From Candidatus Latescibacterota bacterium (GTDB taxonomy: Bacteria; Latescibacterota; UBA2968; UBA8231): a DNA stretch of 32,091 nt. Made by a program: the position numbers and the translations under genes. The stretch is taken from the NCBI GenBank assembly GCA_965205655.1, contig CBDBIJ010000079.1, positions 1 to 32,091 on the forward strand, written 5' to 3'. How positions within the stretch are numbered: the first letter of the stretch is position 1; every line of letters begins with the position of its first letter. The notes beneath the pieces are model-generated. The model was given only the letters and a program-made list of their open reading frames with translations. It did no database searches and had not been told where the DNA came from. Of the stretch, positions 9,938 through 18,934 are shown piece by piece.

Positions 9938-10896
9938 TCCGTCTCGTCCCGGCCCAAAACCTCCAAGTGCCGCTCGACCGATGCGGCTGTCGCGTCCAGG
10001 TTGTAGCCCCCCTCCAGGACGGACACGAGCCTCCCGCCGCAGTGTTCAGCGGCGATATCCATCACCAGCTTCGTCAAGGTCTCGAATCCATCTTCCGTCA
10101 GCTCCACACCCCCGAGAGGATCGCTCCGGTGGGCGTCGAACCCCGCTGATACGAAGAGGAAGTCTGGCTGGAATTCCTCCATAGCCGGTATCAATACTTC
10201 GCTGAAGATCTGTTCATACTCGGCGTTCCCGTAACCTGCAGGCACCGGTGCGTTCAAAGTGGTGCCGAGTCCGGAATCCCGGCCGCATTCACTTCTCGCC
10301 CCTGTGCCAGGGTAGTGGGGGAACTGATGAATACTGAAAAAGAAGACAGTCGGATCGGCTTCAAAACTGTGCTGGGTGCCGTTGCCGTGATGCACGTCCC
10401 AGTCGATGATGCCGACCTTCTCGAGCCCATGTCGCTGTTGAGCGTAGCGGGCACCGACGGCGACGTGATTGAAATAGCAGAATCCCATCGCCTGTTCGTA
10501 TTCGGCATGGTGACCCGGAGGGCGGTGCGCGCAAAACGCGTTCTTCGCGCTTCCCGCCATGATTTCGTCTACGGCGCGCTGCACCCCGCCGCATGCCAGG
10601 AGGGCGGCTCGATAGGTCGCCTGAGAGATGACGGTGTCCGCCGCCACCGGCACCAGGTAACCGGCATTCGAGAGCTCCTCGATGTGGCTGATATGCTCTC
10701 GAGAGTGAATGGCCTCGATCGTCTCTACGGCCGCCTCATCGGGAGTCAGATAGCGAGCCCGGGTTCGTCCACCTGACTCTGGGCCGGCACAGAGACGGTC
10801 CAGGATTGCCCTCAGTCTCCCCGGGCACTCAGGGTGGCCCGGACCAGAGTCGTGATCCATGTAGAATGGGTGGGTCAGAAGAGCCGTGCTCGTCAA
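9928..10896 (-). CDS. Histone deacetylase family Zn-dependent deacetylase (AcuC/AphA-like)
   Basis: GHPE, RPPGHHA, GFCYFN, DWDVHHGNGTQ, SAGFDAH and LEGGY. Start placed at TTG 10896, just after the NUDIX stop. Confidence 0.93.
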   Translation of the reverse strand: MTSTALLTHPFYMDHDSGPGHPECPGRLRAILDRLCAGPESGGRTRARYLTPDEAAVETIEAIHSREHISHIEELSNAGYLVPVAADTVISQATYRAALLACGGVQRAVDEIMAGSAKNAFCAHRPPGHHAEYEQAMGFCYFNHVAVGARYAQQRHGLEKVGIIDWDVHHGNGTQHSFEADPTVFFFSIHQFPHYPGTGARSECGRDSGLGTTLNAPVPAGYGNAEYEQIFSEVLIPAMEEFQPDFLFVSAGFDAHRSDPLGGVELTEDGFETLTKLVMDIAAEHCGGRLVSVLEGGYNLDATAASVERHLEVLGRDETDQL

Positions 10897-10903
10897 CTCG
10901 CCT

Positions 10904-11368
10904 TCATCCTCTCGGTCGCAGCTCTGAAACGGCGGCAATGGCGTTTCGAGCCAGGATGCGTATGTCAGCGCCGATCTCAGTGGAGTCCAGATCGTCCATC
11001 GCGCACCAGCGAAAGGCATCCGACTCCTCAGGATCGAGCCGAAGGCTGCCGCCTCGAACTCTGGCGAAATAGATCAGATCGATGTGCTGATGACCGGGGG
11101 TGATGTCCTCGAGAAGGATGCAGACCGGTCGCCTCAGCACCGTCACCCTTCCCCACGTATCCCGATCCCCGAGAAGTTCCACCTCAAGGCCGGTTTCCTC
11201 CCAAACCTCACGAAGCGCCGCCTCCTCCGGCAGTTCGCCATCTTCAATGTGTCCTCCCGGCGGCAGCCAGGCGTCTATCTGTTTGTGCCACAATAACAAA
11301 GTGGACCTGCCTTGAACCACGAACGTGGTCGCTGTAAAGTCGCGGGTCAGGTTAGGTGCTGAAGGCAC
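10904..11368 (-). CDS. NUDIX hydrolase
   Basis: Nudix box GGHIEDGELPEEAALREVWEETGL and HQHIDLIY. Confidence 0.93.
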   Translation of the reverse strand: MPSAPNLTRDFTATTFVVQGRSTLLLWHKQIDAWLPPGGHIEDGELPEEAALREVWEETGLEVELLGDRDTWGRVTVLRRPVCILLEDITPGHQHIDLIYFARVRGGSLRLDPEESDAFRWCAMDDLDSTEIGADIRILARNAIAAVSELRPRG

Positions 11369-11432
11369 GAAGGTTATCGCCGAAAGGGGAGATAGTGGGG
11401 TGAATCCGAAAGGATAGTCACGCCGATTGCCG

Positions 11433-11460
11433 AATATAGCGTCCGCGATTGCGATGGCAA
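11433..11460 (-). promoter_or_regulatory. Possible sigma70 promoter for NUDIX-HDAC
   Basis: Minus strand TTGCCA-16 nt-TATATT. Confidence 0.4.
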
Positions 11461-11577
11461 TGGCATAACTCCAATTCCCCTGAGGACTTAAACAAGCGGC
11501 AACGGTGCCGATACATTAGGGTAGGGACCGGGAAACACCAAGAGTCGGAGTTTGCCCCCCCCTCGGACCGCATTCGC

Positions 11578-11605
11578 TTGACAGAGGTCCGGGGGGCGCT
11601 ATACT
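11578..11605 (+). promoter_or_regulatory. Sigma70-type promoter for the MinD/FlhG-like gene
   Basis: TTGACA-16 nt-TATACT, about 50 nt upstream of ATG 11655. Confidence 0.65.
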
Positions 11606-11654
11606 AGCCACCGGACTCTGACTGGTATGGCCGCAAGGCCGGGAAGCAGCAGCC

Positions 11655-12692
11655 ATGAGCGTTCAGCCACATCTGGCGAGTGAGCCCGTATCCAATCTCA
11701 TCGTCCTCGACAGCAAGGTGCCGGATACCGCCATCTGGCCCGTTGCCGGCGGCAAGGGCGGAACCGGAAAATCCACGCTGACGGCGAATCTCGGCGTTGG
11801 GCTGTCGCTTCTGGGATACAAGGTCATCCTCGTCGACGGCGACCTTGGCGGCGCCGACCTGCATCTATTTTTCGACCAGATTTCGCCTCCCCGCAGCCTG
11901 AGCAGCTTTCTCACCAAAGAGGTTCCATCGCTTAAGGATGTCCTCCTACCGACGCCGAATGAGAATCTTCGCATCGTCTGCGGGGGGAGCGAGTTGGTGG
12001 GAATGGCCAACCTCTCCCATCTCGCCAAGACGAAGCTCATTCGCCACATTCGTGCCCTCGACGCAGACTACGTGCTCGTCGATTTGGGAGCGGGCTCGGC
12101 GTACAACACCCTCGATTTCTTCACGCTCGCCAATGACGGAATCATCGTCTGCACGCCGGAGCCTCACGCCCGAGTAGACGCCTACGGCTTCATCAAGAAT
12201 TCGGTATATCGAAAGCTACGCAGGCTCTTTGGCAAGAACGAGGAGGTCAAGGAGGAGATCAATCGATTCGCCCGTCAGGCGGGCCGCAAGAGCGGGCGCG
12301 TGGCCGAACTTCTCAAGTGCATTGGCACCATCAATCCTGTCGTGGCATCAGAGGCACAGGCGATGCTCGACGAGTACAGGCCGAAGTTGATTCTGAACAA
12401 GGTTCGTTGCAAACGGCACATCGAGGAGGTTCGCCGCTTCCTAACCCTGGTCGAGGAGTATCTCTCCACCAAACTCGAGTACGTCGGCCATGTCCGCGAT
12501 GACGGAAAAATCCTCGATGCCTGCGAACGGCGCCGCCCCGTTCTCCTCCACTCTCCCAAAGCCTCGGCATCGACAGACCTCTACAGCGTTATCATGGCCG
12601 GTCTGCGAGTGCCGGATCGTCTACACCGATTCACATCTCAGCAATGCCGCAAGCTGTCACAGGTGGCCCGAGCCGAAGCGAAATTCTGGTAG
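11655..12692 (+). CDS. MinD/ParA family P-loop ATPase (FlhG/FleN-like)
   Basis: Deviant Walker A GGKGGTGKST, LVDGDLGGADLH, LVDLGAG, TPEP and LILNKV. Confidence 0.88.
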   Translation: MSVQPHLASEPVSNLIVLDSKVPDTAIWPVAGGKGGTGKSTLTANLGVGLSLLGYKVILVDGDLGGADLHLFFDQISPPRSLSSFLTKEVPSLKDVLLPTPNENLRIVCGGSELVGMANLSHLAKTKLIRHIRALDADYVLVDLGAGSAYNTLDFFTLANDGIIVCTPEPHARVDAYGFIKNSVYRKLRRLFGKNEEVKEEINRFARQAGRKSGRVAELLKCIGTINPVVASEAQAMLDEYRPKLILNKVRCKRHIEEVRRFLTLVEEYLSTKLEYVGHVRDDGKILDACERRRPVLLHSPKASASTDLYSVIMAGLRVPDRLHRFTSQQCRKLSQVARAEAKFW

Positions 12693-12770
12693 TCCGCTGC
12701 AGCATGTCCCCGGGTGGCGTCCGACCTGCCACGTGCGTGCTACCTACACTTTCCCCGTGACCGATCGTTC

Positions 12771-13850
12771 ATGACTGGAGCCTGGGTCAAGGGATCAGTT
12801 GCCGAGCGCCTGTTGGTCAAGTGGCGGAGATCCGCGCCGGCGGCGACGGAACCGATCGCCATCTTCGACGAGCTCAAACAGGCCCGCAAGGTATTGATCG
12901 TACCGAACGATCGGGTAGGCGGCCTGTTTATCGGCGCTCCCATTTACAAAGCTATTCGACACCACTATCCGGATACGGAGATCCACCTTCTTTCGGATGC
13001 ACCCAAGGCTGTCCTGGCAGGGCAAATACCGTTCATCGATGAGGTAGTGAGCGGCGACCTCCGCCAACCAGTCTGGAGGAACACCTTCAACGACATCACT
13101 CGACGTCTGCGCCTGGAACAGTTCGATATCGCCCTATGCCTCGGTCCGGACTGCAGCTTCCGCTTGGCGCTCATCTGCGGGGCGAGCGGCGCCCGGCTCC
13201 GAGTGGGTTTTCGGCGCCAGGGGATCGAGCCCTTCAACGTGGAGATCGTGAGGCGCTCGACGCAGGTGTACGAGGGTGATCAGTATCTGATCATGTTGAG
13301 ACTCTTGGGGCTCGAAGGATGCGGAGAAGTCAAGTGGGCGATTTCCCAGGAGCACGCGCAGCACGTCCGTTCCCGCTATCTCGATGGCGAGTTCTCGCAC
13401 GGCAATGTCGTGGCCGTGGATCTGTCGAGGGGGGAGGGGCGGGGCATGAGTGGGCGGCAAATGGACGACATCGTGGGTCGCGTCATCGAACGGGGTGCCC
13501 GGGCCGTTCTATTCTTTTCTCTCGCGGAGAAAAAACAGGTCAACTATCTTAGAAAGACTTACGGGAGCCGCATTCTGGCCTTCGAGCAGGACGACCTTGC
13601 GAGCGTTGCGGCAATACTGGAAGGCTGCCGGGCACTCATATCCTGCAACACAGACCTGCTGCACCTGGCCATCTCGCTCCTGATTCCCGCTGTCGGCATC
13701 TTCGAAGAGGATTCCCAGCGCTGGATCTCCCCGCACAACCAGCTGGTCAAGGTCGTTCAGGCTCGAGACATCCGGGCCGCTAACATTACCCAGGTCGTGC
13801 GCGCTTTGGAGCGGGCCTTGAACCTGCCTGCCAGGCCGGTGCCCGCGTGA
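12771..13850 (+). CDS. Glycosyltransferase family 9 (heptosyltransferase)-like protein, degenerate motifs
   Basis: Layout KVLIV...IRHHYPDTEIHLL...PFIDEV...FDIAL...SGARLRVGF...ISCNTDLLHLAISLLIPAVGIF matches the GT9 pattern. Start uncertain (12714 or 12771). Confidence 0.75.
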   Translation: MTGAWVKGSVAERLLVKWRRSAPAATEPIAIFDELKQARKVLIVPNDRVGGLFIGAPIYKAIRHHYPDTEIHLLSDAPKAVLAGQIPFIDEVVSGDLRQPVWRNTFNDITRRLRLEQFDIALCLGPDCSFRLALICGASGARLRVGFRRQGIEPFNVEIVRRSTQVYEGDQYLIMLRLLGLEGCGEVKWAISQEHAQHVRSRYLDGEFSHGNVVAVDLSRGEGRGMSGRQMDDIVGRVIERGARAVLFFSLAEKKQVNYLRKTYGSRILAFEQDDLASVAAILEGCRALISCNTDLLHLAISLLIPAVGIFEEDSQRWISPHNQLVKVVQARDIRAANITQVVRALERALNLPARPVPA

Positions 13851-13891
13851 GGCGGCATTCGGCGGCGGGCCGATGAAAGAGAGTCGAGCGA

Positions 13892-14158
13892 ATGGAAGAA
13901 ATGGTCGAGCCAGATCGCACGATCATGATCGTGTCGATCATCGCCCTCGTCATCATTTGGGGCAGTGTGGCGTATCACAAATTCGTGCAGGACGGGGGAG
14001 GAGTGCCGGATAGGCCGGAATACGAGCCGGTGAAAATGCAGGCTGGCAAGACCGACGCGATCGAGACCTCATCGTCGGGCTCTGGCGATGGCGGCAAGGC
14101 TCGCAGCAGCGACACTGGCAAACAGCGCGGCAAGAAACGGGAGAAAAAGAAACGCTAG
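13892..14158 (+). CDS. Small single-pass membrane protein with a basic tail
   Basis: One hydrophobic helix (IMIVSIIALVIIWGSVAY) and a Lys-rich C-terminus. Fills the gap between co-oriented genes. Confidence 0.65.
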   Translation: MEEMVEPDRTIMIVSIIALVIIWGSVAYHKFVQDGGGVPDRPEYEPVKMQAGKTDAIETSSSGSGDGGKARSSDTGKQRGKKREKKKR

Positions 14159-14242
14159 TCGAGGCTTGGGAAGCAGTGGAGCTTGAGAAACAGCGTTGGA
14201 AAAGCGCCCGCTTGAAAAGCGACAGAGGCGCAGAGGAGGGGT

Positions 14243-15565
14243 ATGGCTACTGAAGTCGTGATGCCGAAGCTCGGGCTCACAATGGAAAAAGGCACCATCG
14301 GGGCCTGGCTCGCTGGGGAGGGAGATGAGGTGGACAAGGGCAAGCCGATCCTCGAAGTGGTGACGGACAAAGTGACCATGGAGGTCGAGGCCCAGGCCTC
14401 CGGGGTACTGAGAAAGATTCTCGTACAGGCCGGAACGGAAGTCGATGTGAGCACGCCCATCGGGGTCATCGCGGGCGCGGAGGAGGACATCGACGACATG
14501 CTCGCCGCCTACGAGGCGGGTGCTCAGGCCGCTCCAACACCGACGGCCGAGCCGGAGCCTGCGCCACTGCCGGCTGTTTCCGCTCCTCCGGCACCTGCGC
14601 CGCCGCCAGCCGCCGCCGGCCCGGTGCCCGGTGCGCCGTCGGCATCCCCACAAATTCGTGAATCCAACGGTCGTCCCCATCGGGCATCGCCAAAGGCGAG
14701 GAAGATGGCGGCGGAGCTGGGTGTGGATCTGAATCGGATTCGAGGCAGCGGCCCCGGAGGTCGAATCGTCAGCGCTGACCTGACCGCTCCTGCAGCGGCG
14801 GCGCCATTGTCCGCTCCGCTACAGCCGAGCGTCGCCCCGGTTTCAGCGCAACCACAGCGGCCCGCAACGGCGCCGGCGGTTGCTCCGCTCGAGGAGACCG
14901 TCGTACCGCTGACACGTGCGCAGGAAATCGCCGCCGAACGTCTGACCGCCAGCTCGCGCGATGTACCGCATATCCATGTCTGGATGGAAATCTCGGCCGT
15001 GTGGCTACAGCAATTCAGGCAGGGATACAGTCTAGGAGGCAAGAAGATCTCCTACAACGACCTGGTTGTGAAGGCTGTCGCCCGTACCCTGACTGAGTTC
15101 CCCCGGTTCAACGCCGCCTTCGAGAATGGGGCGGTTCGACAGCTCGGCGAAGTCAACATCGGAATCGCCGCGGACACACCTCAGGGACTGCTCGTGCCGG
15201 TACTCCGCAACGCAGCGAGCCTCACGGTGGAGCAGATCTCACAGGAAACCACCCGCCTCGTCGATGGCGCGCGACAGGGGAGGCTCTCTCTGGACGAGCT
15301 GTCTGGAGGCACCTTCACGATCTCGAACCTGGGGATGTTCGGGGTTTCGAGATTCACCGCCATCATCAACCCGCCCCAGGTGGCCATCCTCGCTGTCGGG
15401 GCAGTCGAGAAGCGAGTCGTCGCCCTCGAGAACGACGCCCTGGCCGTGCGTCCGCACATGTCGGTCGATCTGGCCGCCGACCACCGGGCACTCGACGGCG
15501 CCATGTGCGCCAGGTTTCTGCGCCGTCTCAAGGAAGTGATCGAGACTCCGGGATTGCTCGCTTAG
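14243..15565 (+). CDS. 2-oxoacid/acetoin dehydrogenase E2 dihydrolipoamide acyltransferase (PdhC/AcoC-like)
   Basis: Lipoyl domain EVVTDKVTMEV, Ala/Pro linker, E3-binding ASPKARKMA...GSGPGGRI, GTFTISNLG, catalytic DHRALDG. SD GAGGAGG. Confidence 0.95.
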   Translation: MATEVVMPKLGLTMEKGTIGAWLAGEGDEVDKGKPILEVVTDKVTMEVEAQASGVLRKILVQAGTEVDVSTPIGVIAGAEEDIDDMLAAYEAGAQAAPTPTAEPEPAPLPAVSAPPAPAPPPAAAGPVPGAPSASPQIRESNGRPHRASPKARKMAAELGVDLNRIRGSGPGGRIVSADLTAPAAAAPLSAPLQPSVAPVSAQPQRPATAPAVAPLEETVVPLTRAQEIAAERLTASSRDVPHIHVWMEISAVWLQQFRQGYSLGGKKISYNDLVVKAVARTLTEFPRFNAAFENGAVRQLGEVNIGIAADTPQGLLVPVLRNAASLTVEQISQETTRLVDGARQGRLSLDELSGGTFTISNLGMFGVSRFTAIINPPQVAILAVGAVEKRVVALENDALAVRPHMSVDLAADHRALDGAMCARFLRRLKEVIETPGLLA

Positions 15566-15600
15566 CAGTAACCATCCCCAGGGGAGGAAGGTGCAGGAGG

Positions 15601-16404
15601 ATGGCGGGCGCTCGGCCCACGGCAGCATCGACGACTCCAGAAAGCGCGGCCGATCGACGCGGGCGTGCCATCCGGGAGCTGGTGCGCAGTAGCTACGAAG
15701 ATCCAGCCGTCGTTTCCCGATACGTCACGATTGGCCTGTGGCCGTCTGAAGAGATTCTCATCCTCGACTTCGTCCCCGACGGAGCGCGCGTTCTCGATGT
15801 CGGCTGTGGCGCCGGGCGCACGACAATCCCGCTGGCCGAAATGGGCCTCGATGTCGTCGCCATCGACATCAGTCAGGCCATGGTCGATGCTGGCCGGGAG
15901 CAGGCCCGTCTCGCCGGCGTCGAGGTAGAATTCCACGTAATGGATGCGCTCGAGCTCGAGTTGCCGGACTGCAGCTTCGATCTGGCGCTGTATTCCTACA
16001 ACGGGATCGAGCTGTTGCCTGGTCGAGAAGGCAAGAGGCGCTTCTTCGAGCAGGTCTGGCGCATTCTCAAGCCGGGAGGCCGGTTCATTTTTTCCTCTCA
16101 TTCCCTGTTTGCCATCAACAGCTTTGCCCTCGGGAGGGTCACGGCCTTTCTCAGGTTTTGCGCCGGTCGTGCGCTGGGAACCCCGGTGCGGGAACGTGAG
16201 TTGGGTGAGCGTTTCATCGATTGGGAGTTCGAGGAAGCGAAGTATCTGCAGGTTCTGCCCCCCTCCAGTCTGAAGCACATGTTGCGTGAATGCGGCTTCG
16301 AGATTCTCCACTTCAATTCGAGAAAGCGCCTTGAAACGGGCAAGCGATGGGGGTTTTTGGGCCATTTCGAGGATGGTGAGCGTTTTTATGTAGCCGAAAA
16401 GTAA
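15601..16404 (+). CDS. Class I SAM-dependent methyltransferase (UbiE-like)
   Basis: VLDVGCGAGRTT, IDIS, MDA, SFDL and RILKPGGRF. Purine-rich GGAGG elements precede ATG 15601. Confidence 0.88.
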   Translation: MAGARPTAASTTPESAADRRGRAIRELVRSSYEDPAVVSRYVTIGLWPSEEILILDFVPDGARVLDVGCGAGRTTIPLAEMGLDVVAIDISQAMVDAGREQARLAGVEVEFHVMDALELELPDCSFDLALYSYNGIELLPGREGKRRFFEQVWRILKPGGRFIFSSHSLFAINSFALGRVTAFLRFCAGRALGTPVRERELGERFIDWEFEEAKYLQVLPPSSLKHMLRECGFEILHFNSRKRLETGKRWGFLGHFEDGERFYVAEK

Positions 16405-16450
16405 TGAAGATTCCCCAACCTGCCGATGAATCGTTCGGGAAGGAGTCTGC

Positions 16451-16678
16451 ATGAGACCGCGGGTGCGCTCGCGCCTGGGCACGGGCATTTACAGCAAAGA
16501 GGAGCGTTCTAGAATGGCGACTGATTTTGTGCGTCTTGGATACCTGGTTACCGACCACCCACTGAGCGCCGACGTGATTGCCGATCTCGTCCATGCCCTC
16601 GAGGGAGATTCAGCCGATCAGGAGTCGACTGCTCAACTTTCGAGCGACCCGTTGCTCGAGGAGCCCGACACTGACTGA
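16451..16678 (+). CDS. Small acidic hypothetical protein (75 aa, or 54 aa from ATG 16514)
   Basis: AAGGAG lies 5 nt before ATG 16451 and GAGGAG precedes ATG 16514. Co-oriented with neighbours. Confidence 0.5.
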   Translation: MRPRVRSRLGTGIYSKEERSRMATDFVRLGYLVTDHPLSADVIADLVHALEGDSADQESTAQLSSDPLLEEPDTD

Positions 16679-16708
16679 TCGATCCGGTCCCTCCGTAGCG
16701 AACGCAAC

Positions 16709-16737
16709 TTGACCCTTCCATATTCGCCATTTATCTT
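16709..16737 (+). promoter_or_regulatory. Sigma70-type promoter upstream of the long ftsH leader
   Basis: TTGACC-17 nt-TATCTT. Confidence 0.6.
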
Positions 16738-16920
16738 CCCTCTTGGCAATATTCCGTAACTGATTTGTCCTCAGCTTGTTAGGCACCTACCGACCCCTCC
16801 CCCGGGTGGGTGTTGGATGAACGCACCGCAAGTCCAGCCAGCCTTCGGCACTGACGCACAGAGTTGGTCTCCCGCAAACCGCCGTCATCTGTGACCGCGG
16901 CTTTGCATATCTCGCCTTGA

Positions 16921-16971
16921 TAGCGGCCACACCGAGGTCGCGACCGCACAGAGATCGTGACCGCACATAGG
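16921..16971. repeat. Three degenerate tandem 17-nt repeats
   Basis: TAGCGGCCACACCGAGG / TCGCGACCGCACAGAGA / TCGTGACCGCACATAGG. Units 2 and 3 match at 14/17, units 1 and 2 at 12/17. Confidence 0.6.
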
Positions 16972-16985
16972 TCGGTTGATTCAAG

Positions 16986-18932
16986 ATGAAACTGGATAAG
17001 AAAACACAGCTTTCGATCGCCTACGCCGTCTTGACGGTTCTGCTCCTCCTGGCCATGCAGAGTTACTTCGATGCGCAGGTGGAGAAGCCGTCGTATACCC
17101 AATTCAGGCGCTGGGTGATTGAAGGTCAGGTCAAGCTCTGTCACATCGGGTCCGAAGAAATCACCGGCAGCTACTTCGAGCCGGGAATTGGCGAGAAGGC
17201 CTTTTCAGTTGCCCGCATCGAGGATCCAGGGCTCGTGGACCTGCTCCTCCAAAACGGCGTGGAGGTGTCGGGGCGGCAGGAGAATCTCTGGCTTCAGGCG
17301 ATCCTCTCGTGGGTCCTGCCGGCGATCGTCCTGGTCGGCGTCTGGATGTTCATGGCACGTCGCCTTGGAGGCGGATCAGGCGGCCTCATGTCGATCGGCA
17401 AGAGCAAGGCCAAGGTCTACATGGAGAAGGGCACGGGAATCACATTCGACGACATAGCCGGCATCGACGAGGCCAAGGAGGAGCTGGAGGAGGTCGTCGA
17501 ATTCCTCAGAACGCCAGAGCGATTTCAGGCTCTGGGTGGTCGCATCCCACGCGGCGTCTTGCTCATTGGCCCGCCGGGTACCGGCAAAACCCTGCTCGCC
17601 AAGGCCGTAGCGGGACAGGCGGATGTGCCGTTTTTCTCGATCAGCGGCTCGGATTTCGTGGAGATGTTCGTCGGCGTGGGTGCCGCCAGGGTGCGTGATC
17701 TGTTCGAACAGGCGAAGAAGCACGCGCCTGCCATCGTCTTTATCGATGAACTTGACGCCCTCGGCAAGGCCAGGGGAGCGGGTTCTTTCGGCGGCCATGA
17801 CGAACGCGAACAGACACTCAATCAACTGTTGACGGAGCTCGACGGCTTCGATACGAACGTCGGGACGATCTTGATGGCCGCTACGAACCGGCCCGAGATT
17901 CTCGATCCTGCACTGCTGAGACCGGGCCGCTTCGACCGGACGGTAGCCGTCGACCGGCCAGACGTGAGGGGACGGGAGGCGATCCTCAGGATCCACGCCA
18001 AAGAGGTGAAACTCGGAGAGAAAGTGGATCTCTCCAGGGTGGCGGTGCGCACCCCGGGCCTGGCCGGCGCAGACCTGGCCAACATCGTCAATGAGGCGGC
18101 GCTGCTGGCGGCGCGACGAAACAAGCTCACCATCACCATGGGGGAGTTCGACGAGGCTATCGAGCGCACCGTGGCGGGCCTCGAGCGCAAGAGCCGGGTC
18201 ATTACCGAGAAGGAGCGTCGCGTCACCGCCTATCACGAAGCCGGACACGCGGTGGTGGGAGAGCTGCTGCCAGACGCCAATCCGATCCAGAAAATATCGA
18301 TCGTGTCGCGCGGCTCATTCCTCGGGTATGTCTTGCATATGCCGGTCGAGGATCGCTACACCAGGAGCAAGGATGAGCTCCTCGCAACAATCACGACGGC
18401 GCTCGGTGGAAGAGCTGCCGAGGAGGTGTTCTTCGGAGAAGCGTGGACTGGTGTTACGAGTGACCTCCAATCCGCGACGTCGATCGCCGAGGCCATGGTG
18501 AAGGAGTACGGGATGAGCGACGCGATCGGCCTGGTCGCACACGCCGAGGACCGGCATCAACAGTCGATGGGGCTCGGACCAGCTGACCGCGGATACAGCG
18601 AGGAGACAGCGCGGCACATTGACGCCGAGGTCGCCGCCATCGTGAACACCTGCTTTGAGAAGGCCAGGCGAATCCTGACCGGACGCAAGCAGGTTGTTCA
18701 CAAATTAGTCGAGACCCTTCTGGACAAGGAGGCGGTCGAGGGGGACGAACTGCGACGACTTCTGAATGAAACCTCAGCTGAGCCAGGGGCCGACGATGGC
18801 GCCGATGCGACGCGCACCGAACTTCGGCGACCAGCAGTGACGCCCCAACGCCGGACAGATTCCGGCCCAGTGGCGGCCCCAACAGCATCGGGCACCGATC
18901 CACTTGGCGAGCCGCCACAGCAGAGCGGCTGA
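16986..18932 (+). CDS. ftsH: ATP-dependent zinc metalloprotease FtsH
   Basis: Two N-terminal TM segments, Walker A GPPGTGKT, Walker [27 protein letters not shown] and zinc motif HEAGH. Confidence 0.97.
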   Translation: MKLDKKTQLSIAYAVLTVLLLLAMQSYFDAQVEKPSYTQFRRWVIEGQVKLCHIGSEEITGSYFEPGIGEKAFSVARIEDPGLVDLLLQNGVEVSGRQENLWLQAILSWVLPAIVLVGVWMFMARRLGGGSGGLMSIGKSKAKVYMEKGTGITFDDIAGIDEAKEELEEVVEFLRTPERFQALGGRIPRGVLLIGPPGTGKTLLAKAVAGQADVPFFSISGSDFVEMFVGVGAARVRDLFEQAKKHAPAIVFIDELDALGKARGAGSFGGHDEREQTLNQLLTELDGFDTNVGTILMAATNRPEILDPALLRPGRFDRTVAVDRPDVRGREAILRIHAKEVKLGEKVDLSRVAVRTPGLAGADLANIVNEAALLAARRNKLTITMGEFDEAIERTVAGLERKSRVITEKERRVTAYHEAGHAVVGELLPDANPIQKISIVSRGSFLGYVLHMPVEDRYTRSKDELLATITTALGGRAAEEVFFGEAWTGVTSDLQSATSIAEAMVKEYGMSDAIGLVAHAEDRHQQSMGLGPADRGYSEETARHIDAEVAAIVNTCFEKARRILTGRKQVVHKLVETLLDKEAVEGDELRRLLNETSAEPGADDGADATRTELRRPAVTPQRRTDSGPVAAPTASGTDPLGEPPQQSG

Positions 18933-18934
18933 TT

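Noticed and set aside
11377..11420. GGGGTGAATCCGAAAGGA resembles part of the ydaO/c-di-AMP riboswitch
   Set aside because: The other conserved segments (GGAACC and the 3' GTCAGCTAACC) are missing.
14515..14890. Ala/Pro-rich low-complexity repeats
   Set aside because: These are the normal flexible linkers of E2 subunits.
15562..16488. 308-aa minus-strand ORF
   Set aside because: Antisense to a clear methyltransferase, with no motifs.
16921..16971. Possible mini-CRISPR
   Set aside because: The units are contiguous 17-mers with no spacers, and no cas genes are present.
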